64,000 nt of DNA from an uncultured bacterium (GTDB taxonomy: Bacteria; Patescibacteriota; JACMRA01), in contig OY969926.1 in assembly GCA_963704645.1 (NCBI GenBank), positions 1,184,001 to 1,248,000 on the forward strand, in the 5' to 3' direction. Of this stretch, positions 37,001-43,137 are shown in pieces. The translations under genes and the position numbers were made by a program. The notes under the pieces were generated by a model that was given only the letters and a program-made list of their open reading frames with translations, did no database searches and had not been told where the DNA came from. The first letter of the stretch is position 1; every line of letters starts with the position of its first letter.

Positions 37001-39725
37001 CATTAGCACTGATTGCATTAGATCCTAAATTTATATCAGGTCCAGGTGCGTTTCTTTGAGTAGAATCTCCATAACCTAATTGGCCATTGGAGTTGCTTCC
37101 CCAGCATTTTACATTTCCTGCTGTAAGTACAGCACAGGTATGATCGCCTCCAGTAATAACCTGTATTGCGGTGCCGCCTAAAGCTATGTCTGGCCCTGGA
37201 GTATTTCTTGTTGTTGTATTACCATAGCCTAGTTGACCATTAAAATTACTACCCCAGCATTTCACGTTTCCATTAGAAAGTAAGGCGCATGTGTGAGCAC
37301 CTCTAGAGCTAATCTGAGTAGCAGTAGACCCAAGACTAATACTTGGTCCAGGGGCATTTCTCTGGGTAAAATCGCCATAGCCCAATTGTCCATTTCCATT
37401 ATTTCCCCAACATTTTACACTTCCGTTAGAAAGTAAGGCACATGTGTGAAAATATCCAGAGGTAATTTGAGTTGCGGTATCTCCTAAAGGTATATCAACC
37501 CCTGGCGTGCTTAAGTTTGCAGTGTCGCCATAGCCTAGCTGGCCGTTTCCATTGTAACCCCAACATTTTACGCTACCATTCGAGAGTAAGGCACAAGTGT
37601 GAAGCGATCCGCTACTTGTCTTTACAACTCTAGCTTGATTACTAAATCCTGCTCCTGTAAAAGTTACTGTAGTTCCTCCAAGTATGTTACCAGTATTTGG
37701 TGCAAGTATTATAGGCTCTACTACTATATCGTTGCCGTTAATATAAGTGGAGCTACTTCCACTAGCTGCAAATTGACTTGTAAGAGTTGTTACATTAGTT
37801 CCAACATTAACATTATTACATGCTAAAGTTGTACCGCTAGCAGCTAAAGGACAATTAACAACTGTACCAGAATCTCCTATACGTACATTCACACTTCCTG
37901 AAAGAATGTTTTGGTCTGTGCTGGTTGTAATTGTACAGTTTACTGTAGTGTTTGCTATTGCTGTGGTTGGGTTGCAGGTTAGCGATGAAATGTTTGAATT
38001 TTGAATTGGTGTAATTGGTATAACCACTATATCATTACCATTAACATAAACAGAACTACTTCCACTAGCACTATATTGACTTGTTAAAGTTCCACCATTA
38101 CTTCCAACATTAACATTATTACATGCTAAAGTTGTACCGCTAGCAGCTAAAGGACAATTAACAACTGTACCAGAATCTCCTATACGTACATTCACACTTC
38201 CTGAAAGAATGTTTTGGTCTGTGCTGGTTGTAATTGTACAGTTTACTGTAGTGTTTGCTATTGCTGTGGTTGGGTTGCAGGTTAGCGATGAAATATTGGA
38301 GTTTTCTATTGGAGTGGTTGGTATTACAACTATATCATTGCCATTAGCATAAACAGGGCTGCTTCCACTAGCACTATACTGACTAGCAAATGTTCCACCA
38401 TTATTTCCTACAGGAATATTATTACAGCTAATACTTGTACCGCTTGCTGCTATGGGACAGTTTACTATTGTACCAGAATCTCCTATACGTACATTCACAC
38501 TTCCTGAAAGTGTATTTTGGTCTACGTTAGTTATTATGGTACAGTTTACTGTGGTGTTTACTATTCCTGTGACTGGGTTACAGGTTAAACTTGTAATATC
38601 AGAGTTTTGAATGGCTGGATTTAAATTTGGTATTTCATAAGTAATTCTATAATTATTTGTTAAAACATTACTTCTATAGACTGCTTGTCTTCCAACTAAC
38701 CCCAAACTATCTGACAAACCTATACTTGCTGAACTTCCAAGCTCAGACATATTTAAATATTGAATAGCTATCGCTCCATTTTGACTTAATAATACCTGAA
38801 AAGTTAATGAGCCACTTCCACAACATTTCTGTACCTGATTCCACTCTATAACAAAAGTTTGATTGCCAGGATCTCCAATTGTTTTGGTATAAATGGTACC
38901 TTGTCCTCCTCCATTATATAAATCTGCCCAATATGGAGCTATAATATTCCTACTTGATGTACCTGTAGATGGCAAAACAGTATTACTATAAGATGAGTTA
39001 GCACCGTTAAATGAAATTAAACCATTAGAGCTAATGTACATTGAATTATATGCATTACCATAAAAATTAAAGGTAAATGGTAAAGATTTTAAAATTGAAT
39101 TATCGTCTGCAAATAAGCCGGTACTATCACCATCGGTTGCGTCTACCCAGCTAAACCCCGAAGCGTTAAGTGTTTGTGTATAGTTAAATGGTTCAGCTGA
39201 AACCACTATATCATTACCATTAGCATAAACAGAACTACTTCCACTAGCACTATACTGACTTGTTAAAGTGCCGGGATTACTGCCAACAGGAATGTTATTA
39301 CAAGAAATAGTTGTGCCACTTGCTTCTACCGGACAGTTTACTACTATACCAGATGTTCCTATACGCACATCTACGCTTCCTGTAAAAGTACTTTGATCTT
39401 CATTAGTTGTTATAATACAATTTACTGTAGTGTTTACAATTGCTGCAGTTGGTTCACAAATTAATGATGCAATGTCTTCATTAACTATATCTCCAGAAGC
39501 TTGAGCTATTTTAAAATCTCTTGGTGTAAGATTAGAAGCAGCCATTAGCCCACCTATAAGCATTATTAAGGTTAAAAGTAGCAACCCTGTATTAAGAAAC
39601 TTATTATTGTTGAATTTACGGGTTTTTAAAATTTTTTTAAACCAATTTAACTTAGCCTGTGGGCCACTTCTGAAACTCATATTTATTTCTATTTTTGTTT
39701 TAAAGTTACTATAACCCTTAACCAC
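22035..39725 (-). CDS. Giant surface adhesin-like protein (~5896 aa): ten 4-Cys Ig-like repeats, nidogen-like domain, 5 x 7 RCC1 repeats in IPT/TIG, autotransporter-like strand repeat, CUB, SBBP-like propeller, tandem Big/cadherin-like repeats, LVRTGG-TM anchor
   Basis: Single open frame with an N-terminal hydrophobic segment. RCC1 motif GxxHTCALLSxGxVKCWGxNxxGQLGYG counted 35 times; CUB (NSNCRWIIAP..ETEEGVDVVKVYDG); PVANDD..IDVLAND repeats. Alternative ATG at 39680. Confidence 0.92.
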   Translation of the reverse strand: MVKGYSNFKTKIEINMSFRSGPQAKLNWFKKILKTRKFNNNKFLNTGLLLLTLIMLIGGLMAASNLTPRDFKIAQASGDIVNEDIASLICEPTAAIVNTTVNCIITTNEDQSTFTGSVDVRIGTSGIVVNCPVEASGTTISCNNIPVGSNPGTLTSQYSASGSSSVYANGNDIVVSAEPFNYTQTLNASGFSWVDATDGDSTGLFADDNSILKSLPFTFNFYGNAYNSMYISSNGLISFNGANSSYSNTVLPSTGTSSRNIIAPYWADLYNGGGQGTIYTKTIGDPGNQTFVIEWNQVQKCCGSGSLTFQVLLSQNGAIAIQYLNMSELGSSASIGLSDSLGLVGRQAVYRSNVLTNNYRITYEIPNLNPAIQNSDITSLTCNPVTGIVNTTVNCTIITNVDQNTLSGSVNVRIGDSGTIVNCPIAASGTSISCNNIPVGNNGGTFASQYSASGSSPVYANGNDIVVIPTTPIENSNISSLTCNPTTAIANTTVNCTITTSTDQNILSGSVNVRIGDSGTVVNCPLAASGTTLACNNVNVGSNGGTLTSQYSASGSSSVYVNGNDIVVIPITPIQNSNISSLTCNPTTAIANTTVNCTITTSTDQNILSGSVNVRIGDSGTVVNCPLAASGTTLACNNVNVGTNVTTLTSQFAASGSSSTYINGNDIVVEPIILAPNTGNILGGTTVTFTGAGFSNQARVVKTSSGSLHTCALLSNGSVKCWGYNGNGQLGYGDTANLSTPGVDIPLGDTATQITSGYFHTCALLSNGSVKCWGNNGNGQLGYGDFTQRNAPGPSISLGSTATQISSRGAHTCALLSNGNVKCWGSNFNGQLGYGNTTTRNTPGPDIALGGTAIQVITGGDHTCAVLTAGNVKCWGSNSNGQLGYGDSTQRNAPGPDINLGSNAISANAGFYHTCALLSTENVKCWGANSSGQLGYGDTTQRNAPGPDINLGANATSISTSSYHTCALLSNGNVKCWGENYNGQLGYGDYSQRNAPGPDINMGTAAAFISTGGGNTCAVLSTSNVKCWGNNEYGQLGYGDTIQRNIPDANIVPVLVTFTVTFDGIAASSVTYVNSTTITAVTPARSEGIVNVVLTNGDSSTYNLNNGYTYAVPRNINNLDIASLSCSPTTAIINTTVNCIITTNINQNELSGSVNVRIGDSGLVVNCPVNASGTTITCNNIPVGANSGTFASQYSGSGNNSVYSNGNNVAVIPITLSPTSGNTVGGTTVTFTGTGFTSQARVVQTSAGQNHTCTLLSTGNVRCWGYNGNGQLGYGDTTNRSSALSDINLGVSATQISTGENNTCALLSNGNVKCWGYNGNGELGYGDTVQRNAPGSEINLGATTIQIIAGRFHTCALLSTGSVKCWGANFSGQLGYGDNTQRNAPGSDINLGAAATQVSVGDVHTCAILSSGNIKCWGGNFYGQLGYGDTTSRNAPGPDIVLATSATKITLGGSSTCAILSSGKAKCWGDNSYGQLGYGDTTSRSVPGSDLSLGANARQISVGPFHTCALLSNEKLKCWGANFSGQLGYGDYSLRTLPGQDIVLGANSLQVAAGSNHTCAVLSADSVKCWGDNSYGKLGYGDTIGRASPASDSLSILGNLSALFDGIAATSVTIVNPTTISAVTPAHADGLVNVVLTNGDGAAFNLNNAYTYAAPPDVVNSNISSLTCTPTTAIANTNVNCTITTNVDQNTLSGSVNIRIGDSGTVVNCPLVPSGTTITCNNINVGSNGGTFASQYSASGSSSVYANGNDIVVIPITPIQNSNISALVCNPTPTVANTTVNCTTTTNTDQNILSGSVNIRIGDSGTVVNCPLVPSGTTITCNNIPVGNNGGTFASQYSASGSSPVYANGNDIVVVPITITPNVGSTVGGSNVTLSGTRFTPQPRVIQTSVGANHSCALLSSGNVKCWGANYYGQLGVGSFINSNLPGPDVDLGATATMVVAGDSHTCAILSNGNVKCWGYNGNGQLGYGDTSLRTIPGPEIALGATATMVTTGQSHTCALLSNGNVKCWGYNGYSQLGYGDNIDRSSPGPDVDLGATATMVTTGQSHTCALLSTGNVKCWGYNGNGQLGYGDFTSRTLPGPDISLGGAVTQLNVGSNHTCALLSNGNVKCWGNNGEGQLGYGDTTQRNTPGSDIALGDTASQIATGFSNTCALLSSGNVKCWGANYSGQLGYGDTTRRTSPGSNIALGLSANQVSVGSSHVCSVLSNESVKCWGGNSNGQLGNGNTTELTSPANNSISIQSLLSLSFDGIAATSVTYVNPTTIIAVTPAHAEGLVNVVLTNGDGAVYNLNDLYTYVVPRTITNEDIASLVCSPSSSFAEFNVSCIITTNIEQNNFLGSVDVRIGTSGTVVNCPVAVIGSTIICNNVPLGGNAGTLTSQYSASGSNSVYVNGNDIVIAPAKIPIQNSDISSLVCNNASNTIYVNSLVNCTITTNVDQTTLSGSVNVRITTSGTVVNCPVAANGTTVSCNNIPVGSNPGTLTSQYSASGSNSVYADGANIEVILPTITPNSGNIAGGSNVTFTGVGFTSQARVVQTSAGEYHTCALTSVGNVKCWGENSNGQLGYGNTTNRNSPGPDIALGSTATQVSVGNRYTCAVLSTGNVKCWGANFNSQLGYGDTVQRNLPGPDIALGATATQVSAGTSHTCALLSTGNVKCWGNNQYGQLGYGDTANRNLPGPDIALGATATQVSVGRFHTCALLSTGNVKCWGYNGYGELGYGDDTNRNLPGPDIALGNTATQVFAGEIRTCAVLSNGSVKCWGYNGNGELGYGDNVSRNLPGPDIALGSTATLVSGGTNHTCALLSTGNLKCWGFNSNGQLGYGNTANRNTPGQDIALGGVATQISTGAYQTCALLSSANVKCWGGNFYGQLGYGDLTGRTSPASNSISMPGSLSASFDGMAASFVTVVNSTTITAVTPAHAAGLVNVVLTNGDGTVYNLNNAYTYAVPRPIINSDITSLTCNPNTVMENGAVNCTIITSADQNILLGSVNVRIGISGVVVNCPLVASGPTITCNNIPTSSNPGTLTSQYSASGSGSVYANGGDVTVILPTITPNSGNIAGGSSVTFTGAGFTSQARVVQTSAGKNHTCTVLSTGKVRCWGYNLYGQLGYGDDTDRNTAGSDLDLGGAATQISAGERHTCALLSSGNVKCWGYNGWGQLGYGDYTDRNTPGPDVDLGGAATQIITSTDRTCALLSSGNVKCWGYNNYGELGYGDTASRDTPGPDVDLGGAATKIISGTYHTCALLSTGSVKCWGDNSYGQLGYGDTTQRTSPESDIDLGGTATQITVGDSHTCALLSSGNVKCWGYNGYGQLGYGNTTNRNTPGADIALGAATIQLTAGANHTCSILSTGNVKCWGYNGYGQLGYGNTTNRNTPGLDLVLGGTATQVSAGDNHTCAQLSTGNVKCWGYNFAGQLGYGDTTQRTSPASNSINIQGSLSATFDGVAASSVTAVNSTTITALTPARAPGLVNVVLTNGDGTQYTGLTYLYASRICTWTGSINSNFSNSGNWTNCQDSIPNSETSIIFPSSASTYNLNNDIVGLSLSTVVVESLNSQPYILSGNNLNVSAGISTTAGSGDFIFNTNVTSCKIEGSGNITINAGKTYTTGCDSLNSQFSGNINGTGTFVKNGQSNLIFTANQKIDPNFILNSGTLEINYSSATTLNGTVDVNNGTIWVFGNLNVPNSSINLNNSSTIQQRPGLITAYGINFNGGSASSYGAWATNKTTITSSNLNLNGTRLDLSFFGNTVGETRTLIETTNGNVITGEFSNLPAGSSATFQNGDKTVQVSATYTSTRVTLTVTNIVINYCSGTETYSESSGNVSSGSSAYRINSNCRWIIAPVNAESVTLDFNNLETEEGVDVVKVYDGLTTDSLVLGEFSGNNLPSSITSNSGLMVITFTSNDSNIDPNADPDSIPSDLDLSGFNANWTSALTPNPSISSVSPTYGPASGGTNVTVNGANFVEGQYQDISSIGSTNYDGIRGMVVDSTGQYVSGEFTGTITLGFTTLVSSGEQDIYIAKIDSAGNYLWATKAGGSTRDGFTRKQSMGNDEADNAIVVAGYYSGTATFGSTTLTGSVGSNVFIAKINKTTGEFIWAKGGGGTANTIFNVGTEFPVQNGTNVDVDDAGNIYFSGKVSGSTATFGNFSFNIASSFGEFFIAKLSPNGDYIWVKHYPYSAMLSPSDTNGDNGEMHGLTVDSNGNVYTTMGYTQSITFGSTTLNSLSNFSNGTGSSSNIAILKLNSSGNEVWAVNGGTVGPINLNTDLPYGIKLDSAENVYVTGYFGGSVGRFGTIDVNGSLTGATVFTAKLTSTGVFQWVKSLPSPGFGTSRDLFIDSNDRIWIGGGYSSALTDGIKKITGAGTNAFFAQYDTSGNLVQLNGIGGTGGRLAIGGVGGNQVRAVYEYNGKLYIAGEYFDTVGIGGITITSEGDQDGFYTNFNPNDISVTVCGVELKGTYISSGQLTATTLPSNGLSQTVSVSNSNGQSASLENAFTCILDLQPTPDTSTTPESTPITIDVLANDANATNICVGSINLGSNAANGIATIVPSGTAGSTVDKILFTPTIGYFGTTSFTYTACSTVAGTNPSSETTVTITVTPVNPVAVNDTVTTDQNNSVTIDVLANDSDPSAQVLTICIPLSSPSNGSIAKTVIGTVEQIIFTPTPGYSGNTSFTYTACDPAGNPSNTATVDVTVIPNIAPVANDDTSDGSKNNPIVINVTGNDTDSDGNLDLTSVTIETVPTKGTVNINPVTGEATYTPTPSSYPSSGSDTFTYKIKDNDGDYSNIATVTISITVVLPIANPDSGTLNSNSAIVIDVLANDTNATSICTGSVPATTPNGTAIISGNQITYTPNNNYTGTDTFTYKACNIDGESSTTTVTITVNNTPPVAVNDTITLPAFNPADVDVSANDTDAEGNANLDKASIVITTQPATGTVSVNTTSTSSDFGKVTYTPNANSNIAFVSPFSDTFGYTIKDSGSPTLESNSATVTVLYTPVAANDTATTNQGVPVVIDVLTNDLAASTVCDFGADNFTSPAKGILTLSADKRSFTYTPDSSSVGSDSFTYKTCNPNGSSSFATASITINPNQPEAIPDTAITPEFTSVTIPVLTNDINTTNICSGSIMFIDPVTLSPSPTSSNGSATIVTVGSGSGAVDNVFFSPIAGYTGNITLTYTACSTVAGTNPSSETTVTITVTPVNPVAVNDTVTTDQNNSVTIDVLANDSDPSAQDLAICMPLSSVSNSNGTIAKTVIGTVEQIIFTPTPGYSGNTSFTYTACDPAGNPSNTATVDVTVIPNIAPVANPELASTVSNFPVVINSPANDIDSDGSLDLTTVAIVENPAKGTVSVNPTTGRITYTANTALFIANGTDTFTYRIKDNDGDFSNEATVTVNVVVDPVANSDTASGLVSSTTVLNVAANDTATSAPLDLGSVTIVTQPTKGTVSVNTAVGDPNEGKVTYTPTSSSYPVSGTDSFTYIIRDTQNHSSNTATATINITVPPANQLPVANNDAASGGKYSVLVVEVAANDTDGDGTLDLGSVIIVTQPTKGTVSVNTEVGSPDFGKVTYTPTSSSYTESSTDFFTYKIKDNQGDFSNEATVNITVTLLLPAATNDAATLDINSPTTIDVLANDTLATSICADSLFSTADGGTPTASQSTAGGSLVIQNGKIIYTPANNFTGSDSFVYKACNNDGESNTATVNLTVNALPVIIQNIQLTLYKEKQDANILLNQPLKIQADITNPNNFVVDKIETIINIDTTKLDFVSGSAREGSIVGTKYLSFLEGSGSMLASLFSIPANAQTLPATTVSFQVLSSSSLKITILNAQAGQTIPVVFDVLPKASLQNSIQGTSDIIDPITNQSIASTSARVEITPNVPPQNILVRTGGETAAQVGLSVLVVMIVFLYRQSKKKKIELDI
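23878..26044 (-). repeat. ~385-bp internal duplication (23878-24262 vs 25666-26044)
   Basis: Two apparently identical blocks (162 bp and 172 bp) flank a diverged 51 vs 45 bp patch. Confidence 0.85.
29450..37630 (-). repeat. Five blocks of seven ~147-bp RCC1 repeats
   Basis: Blocks at about 36560-37630, 34940-36010, 33010-34080, 31070-32140 and 29450-30510, with recurring CCCCAACATTTTAC on the + strand. Confidence 0.9.
37799..38294 (-). repeat. Tandem duplication of a 4-Cys domain (303-bp period)
   Basis: 37799-37991 reads the same as 38102-38294. Confidence 0.85.
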
Positions 39726-39950
39726 ATTTTTGTCATTTTGAGTTTTTTTAAGCTGGGTATATTTTACACTACTTTTCTACAAAAAAACTTTTCCATACTT
39801 AATAATATTTTGTTTCAGTTTTTAATCTATAAATGTTTAGAAGTATTATATTTAAATGAAATAATAAGAAAAGCTTGTAGAAAATTAATTGCTTGGAAAA
39901 CAAAAATTGTATGCTTGTATTCAGATGGTAAATTTGCAGGTAACAAAAGA

Positions 39951-40271
39951 ATGAATTGGAAATTTTGGGTATTATTTGTTGTGGCAATCTATTTGATTGC
40001 AGTCCTAAGACTTGATGTACTGAGCACGTTAATTGCACTAGTTGGTCTCGCAATTGGTTTATTTGTAATCACAAGTGTTTTTGTTCTTGTAGTAATAATT
40101 TTGATTATCTCCGCAATTTTATCAATTCCATATTTGGCTCTAGGTTGCCATGGGATTGTAATAAAGAATGGTGAAACTTTTTGCACAAAAGGAGATGGTG
40201 CAGTCATTAAAGTCAATAATGTTAATACATTTTTCGGGGTAATGGCAAAATCCGCTCCTTCATTAATATGA
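39951..40271 (+). CDS. Small hypothetical membrane protein
   Basis: ATG at 39951 (MNWKFWVLFVV..) with long hydrophobic segments, followed by a terminator. Confidence 0.65.
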   Translation: MNWKFWVLFVVAIYLIAVLRLDVLSTLIALVGLAIGLFVITSVFVLVVIILIISAILSIPYLALGCHGIVIKNGETFCTKGDGAVIKVNNVNTFFGVMAKSAPSLI

Positions 40272-40277
40272 ACTTTT

Positions 40278-40306
40278 CAAGCCCCAAATGTAGGGGCTTG
40301 TTTCTT
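40278..40306 (+). terminator. Intrinsic terminator
   Basis: CAAGCCCC-aaatgta-GGGGCTTG-TTTCTT just after the stop codon. Confidence 0.75.
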
Positions 40307-40407
40307 GGGCAATTTTAGATTGTGTGTAATTGATTATGTTTAAACTACTTATATTTTGATGGTTTGATTTTGGGTATTGGACTAATTTAGTTTTAAGGCC
40401 GCAAAAA

Positions 40408-40431
40408 GGAGATGACAAGCATCTCCCCTAC
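40408..40431 (-). repeat. GTAG-type REP hairpin downstream of topA
   Basis: Minus strand reads GTAG-G-GGAGATG-cttgt-CATCTCC. Confidence 0.65.
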
Positions 40432-40466
40432 GCTTGTCTCAAATTATATTATGAGACTCTAGAACC

Positions 40467-42824
40467 TTACTTTTTCTTTGCCTTACTAAAACTGGATTTA
40501 GTTGGTGTTTTCTTGCTAAACTTTGATGGTGACTTTGTATCTGTATTAGCTGCTGCCTTTTTTGGTTTAGCTGTATCTGCTGGGTCTTGTCCCTCTATAA
40601 AACCACAAACTTCGGCTGGAAGTGAACAACCCAGGAAAGATTTTCCTCTAAAACCGCGTTTCATAACCATAACACCAGCCTTGTTTCCTGTGCGTTTTGC
40701 CAATGCACAACGTGGACATTCTCCTAAACTTATTGGGGCAACGGTGTGGTTATTACCTACTTTATAATCGGGGCAGGCAATGTAAGTTTTTAAACTAGCC
40801 TTAGAAACTCTAACTATTAAGTCTTTTTCACACACTTCGCATTTTCTATTTTGCAATTGAACATTAAATTTTTCTCTAGCTTCATCTAAAGCCACAATGT
40901 ACTCTCTAAAGTTTTTTGGGAACTGGTGTTCTGCATGTTCCTGACACTGAAAATATTCACCGAAACGTCCAATTTTAAGTACCATTGCTGCATTACAAGT
41001 GGGACAAGGCACATCGGTTTGACTGCTTCTATAAGTATCTTTCTGTTCTTTAATTACAGCACTTTTTTCTTCAACTTCTTTCTTAAAGGGAAACCAGAAA
41101 TTACTTAAAACTTGAGCATATTCCTTTTCACCACGGCTAATATCATCTAAACTATCTTCCATTTCAGCTGTAAGTTCAGAGCTAGTAACTTCCTTAAAAT
41201 TATCGAACAAAAGCTTATCAATTTTGCGTCCAAGCACAGTTGGTTTCATGCTGTTGTTTTCAATAACAACATATTCTCTGTCTTGCAAAGTAGAAATAAT
41301 GGTGGCGTATGTACTAGGCCTTCCAATACCAGCTTCTTCTAAATGTTTAATTAAACTAGCTGGGGAATATCTGCTTGGTGGGCGGGTATTTTTTTGGAAA
41401 GCTAAAATATTTTCTAGGAACAAGCTTTGCCCTTCTTTTAACAATTGCTTTGGGGTTAAAGTATATTCTTCGCCAGTAACTAGCTTGTATCCAGGCGAAA
41501 TTGTCCAAGAAAGTGAACCAGCAAAAGCATCTGAATTAGAGTTTTCCAAGTCCATTACATATCTTTGACGAAGTTCATCGGTCATTTGACTGGCTACCAT
41601 TTGCTGCCAAATTAAAGTGTAAAGGCGGTGCAAAGGCGATTCAATTTTACCTTTCAAACTATCAGGATGCAAAGCAGGGTTAATAGGGCGAATAGCTTCG
41701 TGAGCTTCCTGGGCGTTGCGGCTTTTAGATTTGTATATTCTGGGCGAAGAAGGAAGAGCTTGAGGATGGTTTTTAGAAATCCAATCACGGGCAATTGCTA
41801 CAGATTCAGCGGACAAGTTGGTACTATCAGTTCTCATGTAGGTAATTAACGCTGTAGATCTACCGCCAATGTCTACGCCTTCATATAACTTTTGAGCTAA
41901 TTGCATGGTCTGTCTTGGGGCAAAACCTAGTCTTGTAGAAGCAGATTGTTGCAAAGTAGAAGTTGTGAAAGGTGCTTTAGGTGAAGATTTTTCGTCTTTT
42001 GGGGTAATTTTTTCTACTTTAAATTCGGTGTTGGTTAAAGTTTTAGAAACCAAATCTTCCATTTGTTTTTGGGATGAAATTGGATTAGGAATTTTTTGGC
42101 CGGCAATTTTGGTTAGCTTCCAAGTTTGATTGGCTTTATCTTTAGCAATTGTTTCGTCTTCCAATAAATTAAGTTTAAGTTTGGCTAAAGTATTTTTTTC
42201 CTGAATGAATTCACCTTCAATTTCCCAATATTCTTCAATTATAAAAGCTTCAATTTCATCTTCACGAACACAAACTAAATGCAAAGCCGGAGACTGTACC
42301 CTACCCGCAGATAAATGATAATTCCCCATTGTATTCCATAAAACTGGCGAAAGTTTGTAACCTACTAGCTTATCTAAAACTTGCCTTGCCTGTTGTGCTG
42401 CAACTAATTCTTGATTTAGGTGCCGTGGACTAGCTAGAGCTTCTTTAATTGCTTTAGGTGTAATTTCATGAAATTCTAAACGTTTAATTTTAGACTTATC
42501 TTTAAAACCCAAGACCTCTGCTAAATGCCAAGAAATAGCTTCACCTTCTCTATCCGCGTCGGTTGCAAATAATACAACAGGATTGGTTTTAACTAATTGC
42601 TTTAATTTAGCTACAACGTCAGTTTTTTTAGGATCAGTTTGATAGTAAGGATGAAAATTGTTTTCAATATCTATACCGTTAATTTCTAGGGTTTTACCCT
42701 CTTTCGTTTTCTTATCATCACTTAAACCACGAATATGTCCCACAGAAGCCATTACAGTATATTCAGACCCAACAATATGGGAAATGGTTTTAGCCTTAGC
42801 CGGAGATTCTACAATTATCAACAT
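40467..42824 (-). CDS. topA: DNA topoisomerase I (type IA)
   Basis: LIIVESPAKAKTI, ATDADREGEAI, SAGRVQS, LITYMRTDS (catalytic Tyr), AQEAHEAIRP, GIGRPSTYA, C-terminal Zn ribbons. Confidence 0.97.
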   Translation of the reverse strand: MLIIVESPAKAKTISHIVGSEYTVMASVGHIRGLSDDKKTKEGKTLEINGIDIENNFHPYYQTDPKKTDVVAKLKQLVKTNPVVLFATDADREGEAISWHLAEVLGFKDKSKIKRLEFHEITPKAIKEALASPRHLNQELVAAQQARQVLDKLVGYKLSPVLWNTMGNYHLSAGRVQSPALHLVCVREDEIEAFIIEEYWEIEGEFIQEKNTLAKLKLNLLEDETIAKDKANQTWKLTKIAGQKIPNPISSQKQMEDLVSKTLTNTEFKVEKITPKDEKSSPKAPFTTSTLQQSASTRLGFAPRQTMQLAQKLYEGVDIGGRSTALITYMRTDSTNLSAESVAIARDWISKNHPQALPSSPRIYKSKSRNAQEAHEAIRPINPALHPDSLKGKIESPLHRLYTLIWQQMVASQMTDELRQRYVMDLENSNSDAFAGSLSWTISPGYKLVTGEEYTLTPKQLLKEGQSLFLENILAFQKNTRPPSRYSPASLIKHLEEAGIGRPSTYATIISTLQDREYVVIENNSMKPTVLGRKIDKLLFDNFKEVTSSELTAEMEDSLDDISRGEKEYAQVLSNFWFPFKKEVEEKSAVIKEQKDTYRSSQTDVPCPTCNAAMVLKIGRFGEYFQCQEHAEHQFPKNFREYIVALDEAREKFNVQLQNRKCEVCEKDLIVRVSKASLKTYIACPDYKVGNNHTVAPISLGECPRCALAKRTGNKAGVMVMKRGFRGKSFLGCSLPAEVCGFIEGQDPADTAKPKKAAANTDTKSPSKFSKKTPTKSSFSKAKKK

Positions 42825-43137
42825 AAATTACAAGTTTTAGCGCCTACCTAGGCTAGTCTGAACAATACTATTCTACAAAATTATTCTTCGCAAGAAAAAA
42901 AATGCATACAAACTAGCTGGTGGTGATATAGTTTTGGTTTGTGGTCAAGAAACATTATTAATTACCAGATCTTATTTTAAGTTCAAAAATTAGTTGTGGC
43001 AGTAAATTATTTTTAGTCCATTTTTTTTTCTTTGGGTTTAAAACTTCGCCCAAGCATTCATTAATTTTATTCATTTAGTTAGTTTTAGGATAATAATACT
43101 ACCCTATGTAAGGCCAAATATAGAAAAATTATTTTTG

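Noticed and set aside
29450-37630. Regularly spaced DNA repeats as a possible CRISPR array or DGR target
   Set aside because: The 147-bp period is in-frame coding RCC1 repeats. No cas or reverse transcriptase genes and no adenine-specific TR/VR pair were noticed.
39738-39950. N-terminal extension of the 39738 ORF
   Set aside because: AT-rich divergent promoter region; the ATG at 39951 is more plausible.
915-42840. Many short ORFs antisense to or overlapping the giant genes and topA
   Set aside because: Shadow frames of long, codon-biased genes, with no recognisable motifs.
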